Shown here one piece after another: positions 1 to 18,942 of a stretch of DNA of 64,000 nucleotides; the first letter of the stretch is position 1; every line of letters starts with the position of its first letter. The stretch comes from the human T2T-CHM13v2.0 reference genome, Homo sapiens. The notes beneath the pieces were generated by a model, which saw only the letters and a program-made list of their open reading frames with translations, was not told where the DNA came from and searched no databases. Position numbers and translations under genes: made by a program. The stretch lies in the NCBI RefSeq assembly GCF_009914755.1, contig NC_060928.1; one strand, given 5' to 3'.

Positions 1-966
1 TGTTGCTAATACAGAATTTTAAAAAAGATTTTGTAGCTACAAGGGCTGTTATTATTTATTTTCTTCTGACTCCTCTTGTTTCCTCCTTCTTATATCCTAC
101 ATAATATTTTAATAATGATTGATGTAATTGGAATAGAAAATTTCCTATTGCAATTACATACCAAAGACTTTCTCTTGGCTTATTATTGTGCTAATTTCTG
201 TTACTTCGTAATCCTTCATGAAACTAATGAATGTTCTTCTTTCTCTTCTAAGACCTTAAAAGCTTATATATCTCTTTCTTTCTTAAAATATTAGAAATTA
301 AGTCTTTAAAAATGAGTGTTCTCAGTTGTGGTTTCTCATTTCTTGGGACTTGTGTATATCAATGATGGAACTATTCAACTTTTGGATACAGGAAAATATC
401 TGTTACAGATAGTCACAGTGTTACTTTCTTAGAACTGATCTGCCTTAAATTGAAATCAGTTCATTCTTAGCCTGATTTGATTTTTTTTCTAAGTGAAATG
501 CACATTTATTTTGGAAAAGGCACAATGCAAATCCTGATCTTTATTGATTGTGTGGGAACTTATTACATGGCAGGTACTCTGCTGAGTACTTTTTAGACAT
601 GAAACCCATTTACTCTTCCTAGTCATCAGAGGGAGATTTTGTTGTTATCTCCCTCTAAAGATCACGGAACTTAGGCACAGAAAAGTAATTAGTCCAGGTT
701 TGACGAATAAGTGACTAGTAGATGCTGAATTCAGATACTGGTAGTCTGGCTTCTAACTACTTCTCTAGTTAGATACTTCAAAAAAAGAGAAAGAAACAGC
801 CTATATTTTATTTAACTCAGCAAAAAGTCCTTCTTATTTCATCATTTTGTTCTTACCCCTTTTTGTTTGAGTTTTAGATACTTTCTAGGCATATTCCTGC
901 AAATATAATACCTATTAGGGGAACTCTGCATGATACTAATGATGCTCAATTTTTTTCTGTTGACAG

Positions 967-1023
967 GGGAGCCTTAGCATCATCAAATCTAAAATTCCAA
1001 CATACTGCTCCATATGCTGTTGA
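967..1023 (+). CDS. PACRGL: PACRGL (PACRG-like) terminal coding exon, GSLSIIKSKIPTYCSICC*
   Basis: Acceptor ttttttctgttgacag (AG 965-966), 18 codons then TGA at 1021-1023. The peptide matches the PACRGL C-terminus as I recall it, and PACRGL is the known tail-to-tail neighbour of KCNIP4. Upstream exons are outside the window. Confidence 0.88.
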   Translation, partial: GSLSIIKSKIPTYCSICC

Positions 1024-2035
1024 AGAAGGGAGCCAACAAAAATTGTTTTTTCTACCTGTTGACGTGTCAAGCACTAACTGTGGGTACTCATTTATTTTAT
1101 TCTTTTGTAAATCACAGCCACCATTCATTATTTACTAGGTTAAGATGAATAGACACTGAATCAAAGTTATTCATCAACAAAAAAGAACAGTTACTAATGG
1201 AAAGTTATTAAAATAAGTTCTATAAGAGTACAATTTTGAGGTTTATTTTTTGTATTTTTATTATTTGTGCGAAGAACCATTATTGAGTTTGCAAGATAAG
1301 ATGTATTTGTATTTTCTAGTGTCTTTTTATTTATAACACTTTTTTGGCAATCAGTTTGTAGCTGTGCCCTTATTTTTATAGATAGTTTGCCATTTCTTGG
1401 GTTTAATGTTTAACAAGGCTATAGAAGTTTAAAATAGTGGACAAATGTTTGTGAATACACTTTTAAAAAATTGTTTTAAAAGAGAAAAGCGGTCTTGCTT
1501 TGTTGCCCAGACTGGAGTGCAGTGGCATAATCATAGCTCACCGCAAGCCTCAAATTTTTGTGCTCAGATGATCCTTTTCATCTCAGCCTCCTGATTAGCT
1601 GGGACTATAGGCGTGTGCCACCATGCCCAGCTAATTTTGAAATTTGCTTGTAGAGATGGGATCTCACTCTGTTGTCCAGGCTGGTCTCAGAATTCTGGTG
1701 AGTGATCCTCCCACAGTGGACTTCCAAAGTGCTGGGATTACAGGTGTGAGCCACCATGCCTGGCCCCATGAATACACTACTAATATTATTTGTAAATATG
1801 TATTTTATAATGTACAATGCTTGGAAAATTTTCAGAGTATTCTAGTTTAAAAAATTTTTTCTAATTCTGTAAATTCTATTACAAGTATGTTGTTTATTAC
1901 AACTCATTACAACTACCTAAATTTTAGGTGTTAACTGTATTTAAGTAAATGTGTTATTTTTGCATTTCATAGCCAGAAAATACTGATGTTCACTTAAAGA
2001 TATTCAGCAATTAAAATGTTAAAACTTGTACATGC
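1024..2035 (+). other. PACRGL: PACRGL 3' UTR (short form)
   Basis: U-rich sequence after the stop codon, containing an antisense AluJ and a Pumilio-type TGTAAATA (1791-1798). The end is inferred from ATTAAA at 2010. Confidence 0.6.
1462..1765 (-). mobile_element. AluJ in the PACRGL 3' UTR
   Basis: Diverged Alu dimer with J-type residues (atcatagctcac). TSD-like tgaatacact at 1452-1461 and 1769-1778. Confidence 0.9.
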
Positions 2036-2065
2036 ATTCATTGATTTTGTTGTGCTTATGTTTAG
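2010..2065 (+). terminator. PACRGL: Candidate PACRGL poly(A) signal
   Basis: ATTAAA at 2010-2015 followed about 25-45 nt later by a GU/U-rich element (ttgattttgttgtgcttatgttt). Confidence 0.6.
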
Positions 2066-2279
2066 CAATTTTTAAGAAGCTTTTAAAATATAATATAGAC
2101 ATAGTTCAGAATTTTGATGTAATAGAAGCAATTCCCTCTGGCTACAACAGCTGCCTGCCTGCTGGCCTTGCTTTTACCTGTTTTCATTGCATTGAGCACC
2201 ATCCAGAGCTATCTGCCATCTAGAAAGTACTGTAAGATTTAATTAATTACAAAATTTCTTGGAAAAGACCTGTAACATA

Positions 2280-3744
2280 GACAGTAGAGTTATAAACATT
2301 TTATTTTGCTTTTATTTTTTCTTTTTGAAATACAAAATGTGCACATTGAGTTTACACAAACACGTGATGGCAAATTTCAGTGTACATGTATTGTACTACT
2401 CTTAATTTCTACACTGGTGATAGCAGGGCAGCTTTCAACATCCTATCTCTACACCAGAATAGATACCTGATTTATTGTTGCAAAGACAGTTGCAAATTTC
2501 CTCCTTCTGTAGCCTCTTGGTCTTTGTGATATTTCTACAAAACAGGGACGATGTGTGTGGCTTTAGTAATGTGGCAACTTTACAGTTTTGGCTAAGATGA
2601 TTGATTAAAAATAATCTGAATTATGATGAGCTAAATCATACTGTAATCTGGATTAGTTGTCGAGCACTTATTTTCTACTAAATCTTGGTAGTAGTTGTCA
2701 ATGTAATGGAACCACTGGTGCTTTCAAAGTGAATTTTGCTTGCTGTTTGTTCTTAGTAGACAGTGGGGTAGTCAAGGTTTCTTTCTTTGTCCCTGAATGG
2801 CTTGTAATATAAATAAACATGCTGTAAGGAAGTCAGGGGAAAGAGGACAGATTTGGCCTTTAATGCTGTTAGGATTACTTGTTATTAAGCATTACTATAT
2901 ACTGGAGGATAGATATCCTGACCCTTTGCATATGTCTGTAAACATCCTTGTTTTGTTTGATGCCTTCTTCAACTTCCACTTAATGATTGATACTAATGAT
3001 TGATACAATAGAAAACAGCCTGTAAGAAAGATTGAACAAATCCAAAATTATTATATAGGCCTTGGCTGTAACATATTATGGAAAATTAAATGCCTATTAA
3101 AATAAGTTTTATTAGGCATATGCTGATATCTGATAATAAACTAATTTTTAAATGTTTAATAATTTTTAAATGTTTAAAAATGCCAGATAAAACTAATTTC
3201 TAACAGAAGGTGGGAAGGCCATAGAAACTGGAACTATGTGTTTTTTTAATTGTTGTAATCTTGTTTGTTTCCTTAAAGTATATAAATGGAATTACAGCAT
3301 TCAAACATGAAAATTAATTTAATTTCTGGAAATTAAATGCAGATGTCACTATATTAGAAAACCATTCAAAACCCTAGGACTGAATACATACAAATGAGTA
3401 GCAAAAAACACTGATATTTTAAAATCACTGATATGTGAAAGCCTCAATAATCCCATGGCTAAGGAACCAATAAAACTATATGCCAGATTCTATTACTTTT
3501 GAATATTCACAGAGTATGAAATGAGTTAGACCATCCCCTGAACTCAGTGGCATTATGAAAAGGATGCAAATTTATAACTGAAAGCTCAAATCTTTTGGGG
3601 ATTGCTTTATATTAAAACAAAGCTTGTTTGCATAATATGCTTCAGTGTCAAGCTGAGCAATCTATGCTAAAAGTGGTAGCTCCAACTTTAAGGGTGGTAG
3701 AATAGTTCACATTTGTCTGTTGGATTCAGGATCTATTTGACAAG
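2280..3744 (-). other. KCNIP4: KCNIP4 3' UTR (about 1.46 kb)
   Basis: Repeat-free AU-rich sequence between the stop codon (3745-3747) and the paired AATAAA. The 3' end is approximate. Confidence 0.7.
2300..2316 (-). terminator. KCNIP4: Candidate distal KCNIP4 poly(A) signals (two AATAAA)
   Basis: tttatt on + at 2300-2305 and 2311-2316 reads AATAAA on -. More proximal copies are at 2471-2476 and 3108-3113. Confidence 0.65.
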
Positions 3745-3792
3745 TTAAATCACATTTTCAAAGAGCTGCATGGAGCGCATTATGTTTTCATC
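3745..3792 (-). CDS. KCNIP4: KCNIP4 last coding exon, DENIMRSMQLFENVI*
   Basis: Acceptor tttctcccttacag, 48 nt, phase 0, TAA at 3747-3745. Matches the KChIP4 C-terminal helix. Confidence 0.97.
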   Translation of the reverse strand, partial: DENIMRSMQLFENVI

Positions 3793-4739
3793 CTGTAAGG
3801 GAGAAACACAGAGCGATTAAATTCAGCATATCTGCAAGGAAAAGTACACTATTTTGCCCCTGAGTATTGCCTCCTCCCATCAACCACCTCAACCACCTAT
3901 GCCAAAAGCTCAAATATTAAGTGTTTGCAAATGTAAATGCCATTCTATTCTATCCATTTTCCACATAGATGACTATGAAGGACCCATTTTATATTTTGTG
4001 GAGTCTATTGACCAGGCATTAAACCACTTTATTTAAATCTTTACTTGGTATTAATAGAGGATATTTCTCAAATCATAATGCCAAAATGGAAACTACAGAG
4101 GTGCAGAGGTGTGTCAAAGCAAATGAGAATTTTGGCATTCTATGTAGATCACAGGCCAAATCACACAGACTTTTATACAGGTACAAGGAAAATTTGTGTG
4201 TATGAGCCAGCAGTTCATGAAGATTGGAGGCTGGCGCATAGGAGGCAGGGTGGTGGATTAAGAGGTAACATGTTTGCAGTAATCATCTCTCTTTCTGTCT
4301 GCTAGTTATGGCTAAAGCTGCATGGCCTGAAGGAGCCTTTAAAAATGAATGGTCTCTCAATTACAGAGAAAGAATTGGGGAGCAGAAACCACTGCTCAGT
4401 GGCTGTGTTCAGTTTAGCATATTCTTTAGAAATGAGTTAGGGGACAGACTTTGGGCATTATTGGAGCACTTGTCAGTTGCATGTGAATAGCACTTACTGA
4501 GCTGTTTATGGTAGTGGTAAATGGTGGCTGAACCAATAATGGCTTCCACTGCTAGAAACCAAGTAACATCACCGTCAAGCAGCTTAATGTCACCAAATTA
4601 ATTCTCTCAAAGACCACTGCATGGAAATCCAAGTTGAGAGACAAGCAGACATCCAGAAAAGTAAGAACAACAATTTAAAAATAAAGAGAAAAACTAAAGA
4701 AACAACGGATTTCTTTGTTTTCAGGATTATTTGAAAAAT

Positions 4740-5036
4740 TCTTTTTTTCTTTTTTTAGTTTTGAGGCAGAGTCTATTTCTGTTGCCCATCATTCTGGAGT
4801 GCAGTGGCACAATCATGGCTCAACAGGGATCAAGTGATCTTCCTGCCTCAGCCTCCCAAGTAGCTGAGACTTCAGCCACGTGCCACCGTGCCCAGCTAAC
4901 TTAATTTTTTTTTGTAGAGATAGATAGGGTCTTGCTATGTTGCCCACATTGGACTCAAAATCCTGGCCTTAAGTTATCTTCCCGCCTCAGCCTCCCATAG
5001 TGCTGGGATTACAGTTGTGAGCTACTGTACCAGGCC
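4740..5036 (-). mobile_element. AluJ with a short internal deletion
   Basis: T-tail, ggagtgcagtggcacaatcatggctca, ends ccaggcc. Confidence 0.88.
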
Positions 5037-5668
5037 TTAACAATTTTTAACTGTGGTTCTGCCCACACATCAAGTCAAATAATTCTAACTAAGCTAACAC
5101 TGGTTTCTTTGATAACAGGCTACTACCTGGAGTTCTCTTCAGAGAAAATTTTCCACTGTTTATTTTTTGTGACTGAAGACCATTAGTGAGTTCAGTCAAA
5201 GAGCCATTTCTTGTCCACATACACTAAAACAATGACTTTTCTCTTAGAAATCAGATAGAAGCTTGGCCTGTTGTGATGCCATACTTGGCTATCTAGGAAT
5301 TCTAATGCTATGGAGATATGATAGATAATATATGAGTGATGCTAAGTTTGGGCAAAGAGCAATTCAAATCTCATGTATGTTTTATCCTCCATGAATACTC
5401 TCTAAGGAATTTGGGAATCAACACAGTACATGTACAACTTTTGTATCCCCAGGGTTTCCTCCATAGCCTGACTCAGTGGGCACTCTAAATGTTGATTATG
5501 TAATTGGTGCTTGTTTTCAGAGTGGTAGGCTTATGCTGCATGTTGTAGAAGTGGTAAACTTAGGCATATGATCTCTATATTTCGCCCAGTTCATGGTAGC
5601 TAGCTGCTAATACTCAGTTTAGCTGTTATGATAGCTGAATTGATAGTTATTACACTTTCATTACTTAC

Positions 5669-5731
5669 TTTTTGGCAGCTTTCAATGAACTCATCTATGG
5701 TAACAACCCCATCTTTATTTTTGTCCATTTT
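5669..5731 (-). CDS. KCNIP4: KCNIP4 exon [21 protein letters not shown] (EF-hand 4 loop)
   Basis: 63 nt, acceptor ttcttcctgaacag, donor gtaagt, phase 0-0, canonical EF loop [12 protein letters not shown]. Confidence 0.97.
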
Positions 5732-6344
5732 CTGTTCAGGAAGAAAACAAAAAATTGTATTTAGACTTATCCCTTAATACCCTCACACCTGGACCAAATG
5801 AGCTGAAGCTGATAAAAAGAAAACCTAGCTGCTTATTTATTTCACGTGGAGGAACTGTTTCAGAGCAGGAACCAGCAGTTTTTTAGAGATAAAAATGATA
5901 GGGCCAAATGCTTCTGGCTTTTCCCTTTTCAATATAATGTGGTGAAGATGTAGAGTCACTCTGTCCTAGGTAAAATCCCACCTTCTAGATGTGACAGAGC
6001 TTGGGCAATTTGCTGAAACTTTCAGAGCTTGCTTTTTGTCTCATCTGTAAAATGAGATTAATGAGGATTTATAGGATTCTTGTAAAAACTGAATGAAAAC
6101 AAAACTTGTGAAACATGAGAACTGTTTAGTGTTGTATCTTGGATTTAGTGAATGTTCAATAAATGCAGTTATCAGCATTGTAAATTCAAAACCAAAGCTA
6201 TTAAATTAATAAGATGGTAAATACTGTTTTGTTTCAGTAAAAATTATTTTCCTTTGCTCTCTTTTGAATCATCGTGGTGCATGGCAAACATCAGGAAATT
6301 TTCTCCTAACTTCATGCCCTCTTGACTTCTGTTTTAATTCCTAC

Positions 6345-6449
6345 CTGAAAAAATGTTTCAACGTGTTGTCTGGGAGCATCTTCTTTGAGGACAGGATATG
6401 TACATTTACCCATCATATCGTATATTGCTTTCATTATATCAAGCATTTC
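6345..6449 (-). CDS. KCNIP4: KCNIP4 exon [35 protein letters not shown]
   Basis: 105 nt, acceptor ttttatttttcag, donor gtagga, phase 0-0. Confidence 0.97.
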
Positions 6450-7261
6450 CTGAAAAATAAAAGGCACTCACGTGAGGCTGCACACATGTATGAAGAAACC
6501 AGTCTAAGAAGCTCTGACAGATTTTTCCTACTCAATTTTAAATTTTTGACTTTTTGTTTGTTGGATTCTTTGTTAGACGACTGTTGGTTGTCCCAAAGGA
6601 AAAGGCAACAAACAGCTTTCTGCCTTAAGAGCAGAAGAATCAGAATTTAAGAATGAATTCTGATCTCTTGGTTTCAAAAGGAAGCAAATTTCCATGTATC
6701 TACCATAGTCAGGAAAAGAATATGCTGGCTTAATGTTTGGATTTCTATAGACTTTAAGTAGACTATGTTTATTTAATTGCATTATATATCTTATGTGTTG
6801 ATCATCAGTTTCCATCTATTGAGAATCAAATATACGGCACATCGTATATTGAGAAAAAACACCATTTAGAATTAGTGAAATTAATTGGTAAGTCTTAAGG
6901 TTCATTAGGGTTTTTGTTGTATTTTTCCTACTGTGGCTTTAACTTAAGTCACATGTGAAGACTAGTCAAAAAATTTTGACCCTGGGAAACACCTTTAAAT
7001 TTTGTTACTAACTTTTTCTCTAAAACAGTCTAATTTTTGCCTTACCACTTTCATTCTTATGAGAGTAAAAATAATCTCTAATAACTTAAACATTTAGATT
7101 TATTGTTGCACATTTGTTTCACGTGAAAGATCTCTCAATTAGGTTAATACAGAGCGAATATATATTTACTTTTAAGAGTATTCAATTATAAATGATAGAG
7201 TAATTTGTAAACAGGTGAAACCTTTTAAGATGTTTTAAGCATAGATAAGTAGCAAGTAGTT

Positions 7262-7910
7262 TGTTAGACACAGGCAGAATTCTTGAGATGTGTTAAACAC
7301 AGAGGTAAGAATTGAAGAACAAGAGATATTTAAGGTATCCTAAGTATCTGGGTAATAAATATTCATGATATAAAAATATACAAGAAGCACTATTTAGGAT
7401 ATGCTCCATATACATGAACACAATAGCCATAAGGTCTTAATTTGGCACGCACTAGTGATACCTATTCTGGCCCCAGGTGTCCTCTGTGCAAGAAACACAA
7501 ATGAAACCCATTACTACTTATCAGGCTATACTCGTGACCTGGCACACTTGCACCTGTGTTTCTCCAGTAGCGCAAGTTCATGTCATTTGCTGTTGGCCCT
7601 GGGCACCTTTTGTCTGTGGGGCCTCTTGCTCAAAACTCAATTCTGGGGAAGTCTCGTGAGGCAAAGAGAGACAGGACATAGGCACACTGAGAATGCCCAG
7701 GATTTAGGGAGTGGTCTTTCAACCCCATTTGCAGCCTGTCCTGCGTGGTTAACTTACTCCATCCCTTTCTTTACTTCTCGCTGTGTTTTAAATTGGTTTA
7801 ATAAACTGTTTAATACGAGTATCTTAATTTGGTCTGTGAACCTTGTTTCCTGGATAGTCTGCCTCAACGTGCATTTGGAGACCCCACCATTGCGTCAGGT
7901 CATTCCACAA
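7262..7910 (+). mobile_element. Probable old solo LTR, family undetermined
   Basis: GC-richer block starting TG and ending near CA, with AATAAA (7800-7805) about 100 nt from the end. No TSD found. Confidence 0.3.
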
Positions 7911-8291
7911 TCCCCATGATTGTAAAATTTCATTTCCTTATGGATCACATGCTGTGGGGAAAAGAAAGGCTTCAGGCTAAATGTTGAAACATGGGTTGGA
8001 TACATTTTCTTTCTATCTGATTCCAACCATGATCTTTATTCCATTCACAGTATTTATTAAGATGCCAGCAGGAAACAAGGGTGTAATCTTTATGTGTTAT
8101 ATATTTACTTTGGAGCTTCACCATAAACTATTTCTATCCCAAGTTTTTAATTGTACATCTTTCTTCCACTACATAAAATATTTTGGAATTTCCTCAAAAA
8201 AACTTTTCAAATTAATAATTGCAATTAATATTTTAAAGTTAAGAAATGAAAATGGTCCAAATTACTGTGATGTTGGTGAGGCATCCCTTAC

Positions 8292-8399
8292 CTCTTTAGT
8301 GATGTAGCCATCTTTATTTATGTCATACAGATTAAATGCCCAATTGAGTTTTTCTTGTACTGTCCCCCGGAGCAAAATGGAAAGACCTTTGATGAAATC
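8292..8399 (-). CDS. KCNIP4: KCNIP4 exon [36 protein letters not shown] (EF-hand 3 loop)
   Basis: 108 nt, acceptor tttatttcttttcag, donor gtaagg, phase 0-0, NCS-family motif [17 protein letters not shown]. Confidence 0.97.
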
Positions 8400-8874
8400 C
8401 TGAAAAGAAATAAAAATTCAATTTTATATGACATTTTTAAAAAAACAAAAACAAAAAAAACAAACAAATGATGTAAGTAAGGGCTACAACCCTCTGGATC
8501 TTGAACATTTAGCAAAATGATTGATGTGTTATTGGTTGTCTAGTTTTCAGACTTCTCTGTGGGCATAAATCACTCCTTAGTCTTAACATTTTCATATTCT
8601 AATTGGAAACTGAGTTAAATCAATGGTCATACTGGAAATTGTACCAGTGCGTACCCACACAGCTAGAGGCTTGAGTATAAGTGGTATTGGCTTTCCACTG
8701 CAAGTGCACATGATTTACTAAAAGAATCTAATAATAGTTTTTTCAAAAAAATACAAGTGCACACATAACACACTTCAATGAAAAAATGTTTGCTAATAAG
8801 AAATGTGGCTGTCCATAAAAGATAAACCAATTGTGGTCTTTAATTAGAAATCCAGTTATAATTTACATGTGGAC

Positions 8875-9110
8875 AGTGGGTAAGAGCATGGAACTGGAAA
8901 GGACAGACTGCCTGGATTCACCCTCCAGCTATATTACTGGATGGCTTTGTGTCTTCAGGCAACTTAACATCCCTTTGCCTCAATTTTCGTATCTGTAAAA
9001 TGGAGCTAATAATAGTATCTACCTCTTCACAATTTTATGAGGATTAAAAAAGAGGCTGCTTATAACAGTCCTTGGCAATGACATTGGCTATGTAAGTTTT
9101 TGTTAAGTAA
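8875..9110 (+). mobile_element. MIR
   Basis: MIR core: cctcaattttcgtatctgtaaaatggagctaataatagtatctacctc. Confidence 0.75.
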
Positions 9111-9185
9111 ATGGAGCCCTCAGTTTGTATCCTGGTTAGATTGCATTGCAGACTGGCCAGATTAACTTGATTAAATTCATTTAGT

Positions 9186-9499
9186 GTTTTTTTTTTTGTT
9201 TTTTTTTTTTTTGAGATGGAATCTCGCACTGTTGCCCAGGCTGGAGTGCAGTGGCACAATCTTGGCTCACTGCAACTTCCACCTCCCACCTCCCAGGTTC
9301 AAGCCATTCTTCTGCCTCAGCCTCCCGAGTAGCTGGGACTACAGGCACCCGCCACCATGCCTGACTAATTTTTGTATTTTTGGTAGAGATGGGGTTTCAC
9401 CATGTTGGCCAGGTTGGTGTCGAACTCCTGACCTTGTGATCTGCCCACCGCCACCTCTCAAAGTGCTGGGATTACAGGCGTGAGCCACCACGCCTGGCC
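9186..9499 (-). mobile_element. AluS
   Basis: Full dimer with T-tail and a small internal ccacctc duplication. Confidence 0.93.
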
Positions 9500-9689
9500 A
9501 GATTTCTTGTTGTTATGTACAGCAGGGTTAACGTTACAATGTGCTGTATTCAGTTTATAATCCACTTTTAGGTAGGAATGAAAGCAGAGGGGAAATCCAA
9601 AAGTCTTCTGGGTGAATTTGCATTATATCTCCCTTTCTCACATTCCTTCCTTTTATAGCTGTATTTCTATCTGAATTTCTCAAAATGTT

Positions 9690-10420
9690 TTTTCTTTTTT
9701 AAATAAGTAACATCCATATAGTTCAACATTTAAAAATTGTGTAAGCTGCCTGGTGAAAAATCTTTCTTCCCTTCCTGGACCCAGCCACCTGTTCCTTTCA
9801 CTCATAGACTACTGGCATAAATAGTTTGTATTTACTTCCAAGGAATTTTTGTGCATACACAAGTATAAGATATATTTGTTTTACTAGCTAACAGACTTCT
9901 ATACTTTTTTTTCCACTTAAGCATAAATCAGGGAAACAATTTGAGTTTCCATTGTATATGTAAATACATCGTAGTTTATTTAACCAAATTGTTCTTTTAC
10001 ATTTTTTCTCATCATTATTTCTAGGTATTTTAATATTTCTGTTGCTGTTGTAAATGAGATATTTTTTTCTATCATATATTCTAAACTAGTTGTTTGTATG
10101 TATGAAAGCCATTGATTTCTGTATGATAATTTTATACCCTGTCAATTTGCTGACATACGTTGGTTTTCTTCTGGGTTTTCATGTGTGCAATATTAGCTGC
10201 AAATGGAATTAATTTTACCTTTTTTTCTAATTTTTATATGTTTACTTTTTTCTAATTATATGGCCTAATATATATAGAACAGTGTTACATAATGAAAATG
10301 ATAATAGATATTCTTAGTTTTTTCTTGAACTTGAGAATATTTCAATTCGCTTTTAAGCATGATACTTACTTTTATCATGGTAAAGAATTATACAACCCTT
10401 CCACTTAAGCAAATTTATCA
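9690..10420 (-). mobile_element. Old L1M(E) fragments
   Basis: Degenerate antisense L1 ORF2/3' sequence (gccattgatttctgtatgataattttataccctg). Confidence 0.55.
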
Positions 10421-10434
10421 AGAATGGCCACAGA

Positions 10435-10760
10435 CCTTTTTTGGCAAAAATGAAAAAGACAAAAACAGAAATAATTGTCAAATTCATATTGCAAGGGACC
10501 CTGAATAGCCCAGTCAATTTTAAGAAAGAAAAACAAACTTGGAGGACTCACACTGCCCAATATCAAAACTTAGTACAAAGTTACATTAATCAAAACAGTG
10601 TGGTACTGGCATAAAGACAGATATATAGAACAGTAGAATAGAATTGAGTCTAGATATAAACCAGCTGTCTGTGGCCAATTGATTTTCGATAATGGTGCCA
10701 AGACCATTCAATAGCTATGGAAAGAATAATCTCAATATATGGTGCTGTGGCAACTGGATC
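10435..10760 (+). mobile_element. L1M ORF2 fragment
   Basis: Encodes a remnant of ...KTVWYWHKDR... (aaaacagtgtggtactggcataaagacag), homologous to 17040-17230. Confidence 0.8.
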
Positions 10761-11516
10761 ACCATACTTAGTTTGCTTCCCATTGGCATGAAGGGTAGAA
10801 TGTCAAGTGAGAGAAAAACAAGATTCCAGAGAAAGCCACAAGGAATTCCAATATTTGGCAGGTACAGAGAGGAGAAGCTGGCAAAGCATCTTGAAAAGAA
10901 GTTGCTAAAGAAGTGAGTCAGGAGAACAGAGCATTTCCCTAGGAAAGGATTGTTCATTTTGCTGCCAAGGTTGGAAAAATGTTCACTGGACCAGCAACAT
11001 GGAGGTCACCAGCAAGTGATAGGGAACGGTCCAGTGGAGTAGGAGTGAAGAGTAATTTTTAATGAGGAGCACTCTGAATACTGAAGAGAAGAATCTAAAA
11101 AGAGTAAGAGTCAGAAATGGGCTGTGCTCTTGAGAAGGTGGGGAGGATCCAGAACATGGGTAGATGGGCCGATCTGAGAAGGGAGTTGATACATGAGACA
11201 GAAGAACATGGTGTGGATGCCAGCAGCTGCTTTGCAGGTGGGAAGATGACTGTGTTTCTGTCCGATAGCTTTAGTGAGTGTGAGCTGTTTGAGAGTGAGG
11301 AGCCTGGTAGAAGAGGTAAGAATCTGAGGTTTGAGGAGAGAGGCAGAAGCTCTGATACTAAGCAGTAAGATGACATGCAAATTAGAGAAAGGGAGACCTC
11401 CCTCAAATTATTTCCCTGCCATATTTTAGAAAATTATTTATGACATAGAATGTAGTTTAGTTAAAAGGTAATGACAGCCCTTGGAGGTATGAGTGTACAT
11501 CTTGCACAACCAGCAG

Positions 11517-11811
11517 GCTGGGGATCATGGCTCATGCCTGTAATCCCAGCACTTTGGGTGGTGGAGGTGGGAGGGTTGTTTGAGTCCAAGAGTTTGCAAG
11601 CAGCCTGAGCAACGCAGCCAGATCCAAATTAACAGCAAGAAAAACAAATTAACTGGGTATGGTGGTGCACACCTGTTGTCCCAGCTACCTGGGAGGCTGA
11701 GATGGGAATCACTTGAGCCCAGAAGGTCGAGGCTACAGTGAACTATGATTGCACCACTGTGCTTCAGCCTGGATGACAGACCAAGACTCTGTCTCAAAAA
11801 AACAAAAAAAA
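11517..11811 (+). mobile_element. AluJ
   Basis: Dimer with J-type gagcccagaaggtcgaggctacagtg and an A-tail. Confidence 0.9.
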
Positions 11812-12014
11812 TCCTTAGCTTTTTCAGAAGGCATAAAATATACATTGCAGAACATAGAGCCTTATTCAAGGAAGATTGCTGAGCAGTTTTGAAAGGCTAG
11901 ATGAGATTGATTGTTATCAATGTAAACGATATTTTTAAAAATTCACAACGTAGTAATAATATGTCATTAATTGTAAGGGGAGCTGGCCACAGGGTCTTTG
12001 AAAACATGCTTAGA

Positions 12015-12196
12015 GTATTGGTTCTCAAAATATAATGTGCAACACAGTCACCTGGGGAGTGTGCCAAAAGATTTATGGGACCTACTCCAAGAATTATGAT
12101 TCATTAGGTTGAAGTGGGACCCCAAAATTTACATGTCTGACACATTCCAAGGGGAAGCCTGTACTGCTTCCAGGGATCACACTTTGAGAATCACTG
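12015..12196. mobile_element. MER5A-like hAT-Charlie MITE
   Basis: Terminal inverted ggttctcaaa ... tttgagaatcactg, about 180 bp. Confidence 0.75.
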
Positions 12197-12280
12197 GCCT
12201 ACAGCACTCATCACTGGCATTGACCTCACCACCACACAAAACAGCAGAGAAACAATGAAAGATTTAAAGATAGCACTTTT

Positions 12281-18458
<6,178 letters not shown>

Positions 18459-18489
18459 AAAGATAGCACGTTTAAGTCAAGTGTGGACT

Positions 18490-18942
18490 TGTATTGTTTG
18501 CCTCCCTAGCCCTAGTAGGTCCCAAATTTCCATTTGGTGCTCCATGATGTTCTGTGGAAGTTCACTTCATCTCTGAGTCTAGTGATAGAGCCATGACCTG
18601 GGCGAAGTCAGGAAGCACATTTTATCCCTTTGGCCGGACAACTGGATTTGTGGTTGCCATTTGACTAAACCTAGTCCAGGTCTAAGAATGACTCCCCAGA
18701 CTCAGACTCTTGCTAGGAATGGTAGGACAGAGATGTGCTTCTTTCCTTGCTCAACAGGAGCAATGAATCATGGAGCCAAGGAGCTTTGGCCTCTTCTTGC
18801 AGCCCTACAGGGTCCCACCCTTAGGTTGTAGCCAGCCCCATCTCTGGCCTTTTTGTTGCTGTGAACCAATGAAATTACCATTTTTTTTTGTCACTTGGTG
18901 TATCCTTTTCTAGTATTTGTGAACAAAAGTATCCTGATTCAC
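18490..18942 (+). mobile_element. Old ERVL solo LTR (LTR16-like)
   Basis: Ends gtgaaccaatgaaatt...aacaaaagtatcctgattcaca, typical of LTR16-type 3' ends. Confidence 0.5.

Noticed and set aside
3142-3177. taatttttaaatgtttaa tandem duplication in the KCNIP4 3' UTR
   Set aside because: Low-complexity slippage duplication with no evidence of function.
6264-6650. 128-aa + strand ORF overlapping a KCNIP4 exon
   Set aside because: It starts at TTG, is the antisense shadow of exon 6345-6449, and has no recognisable homology.
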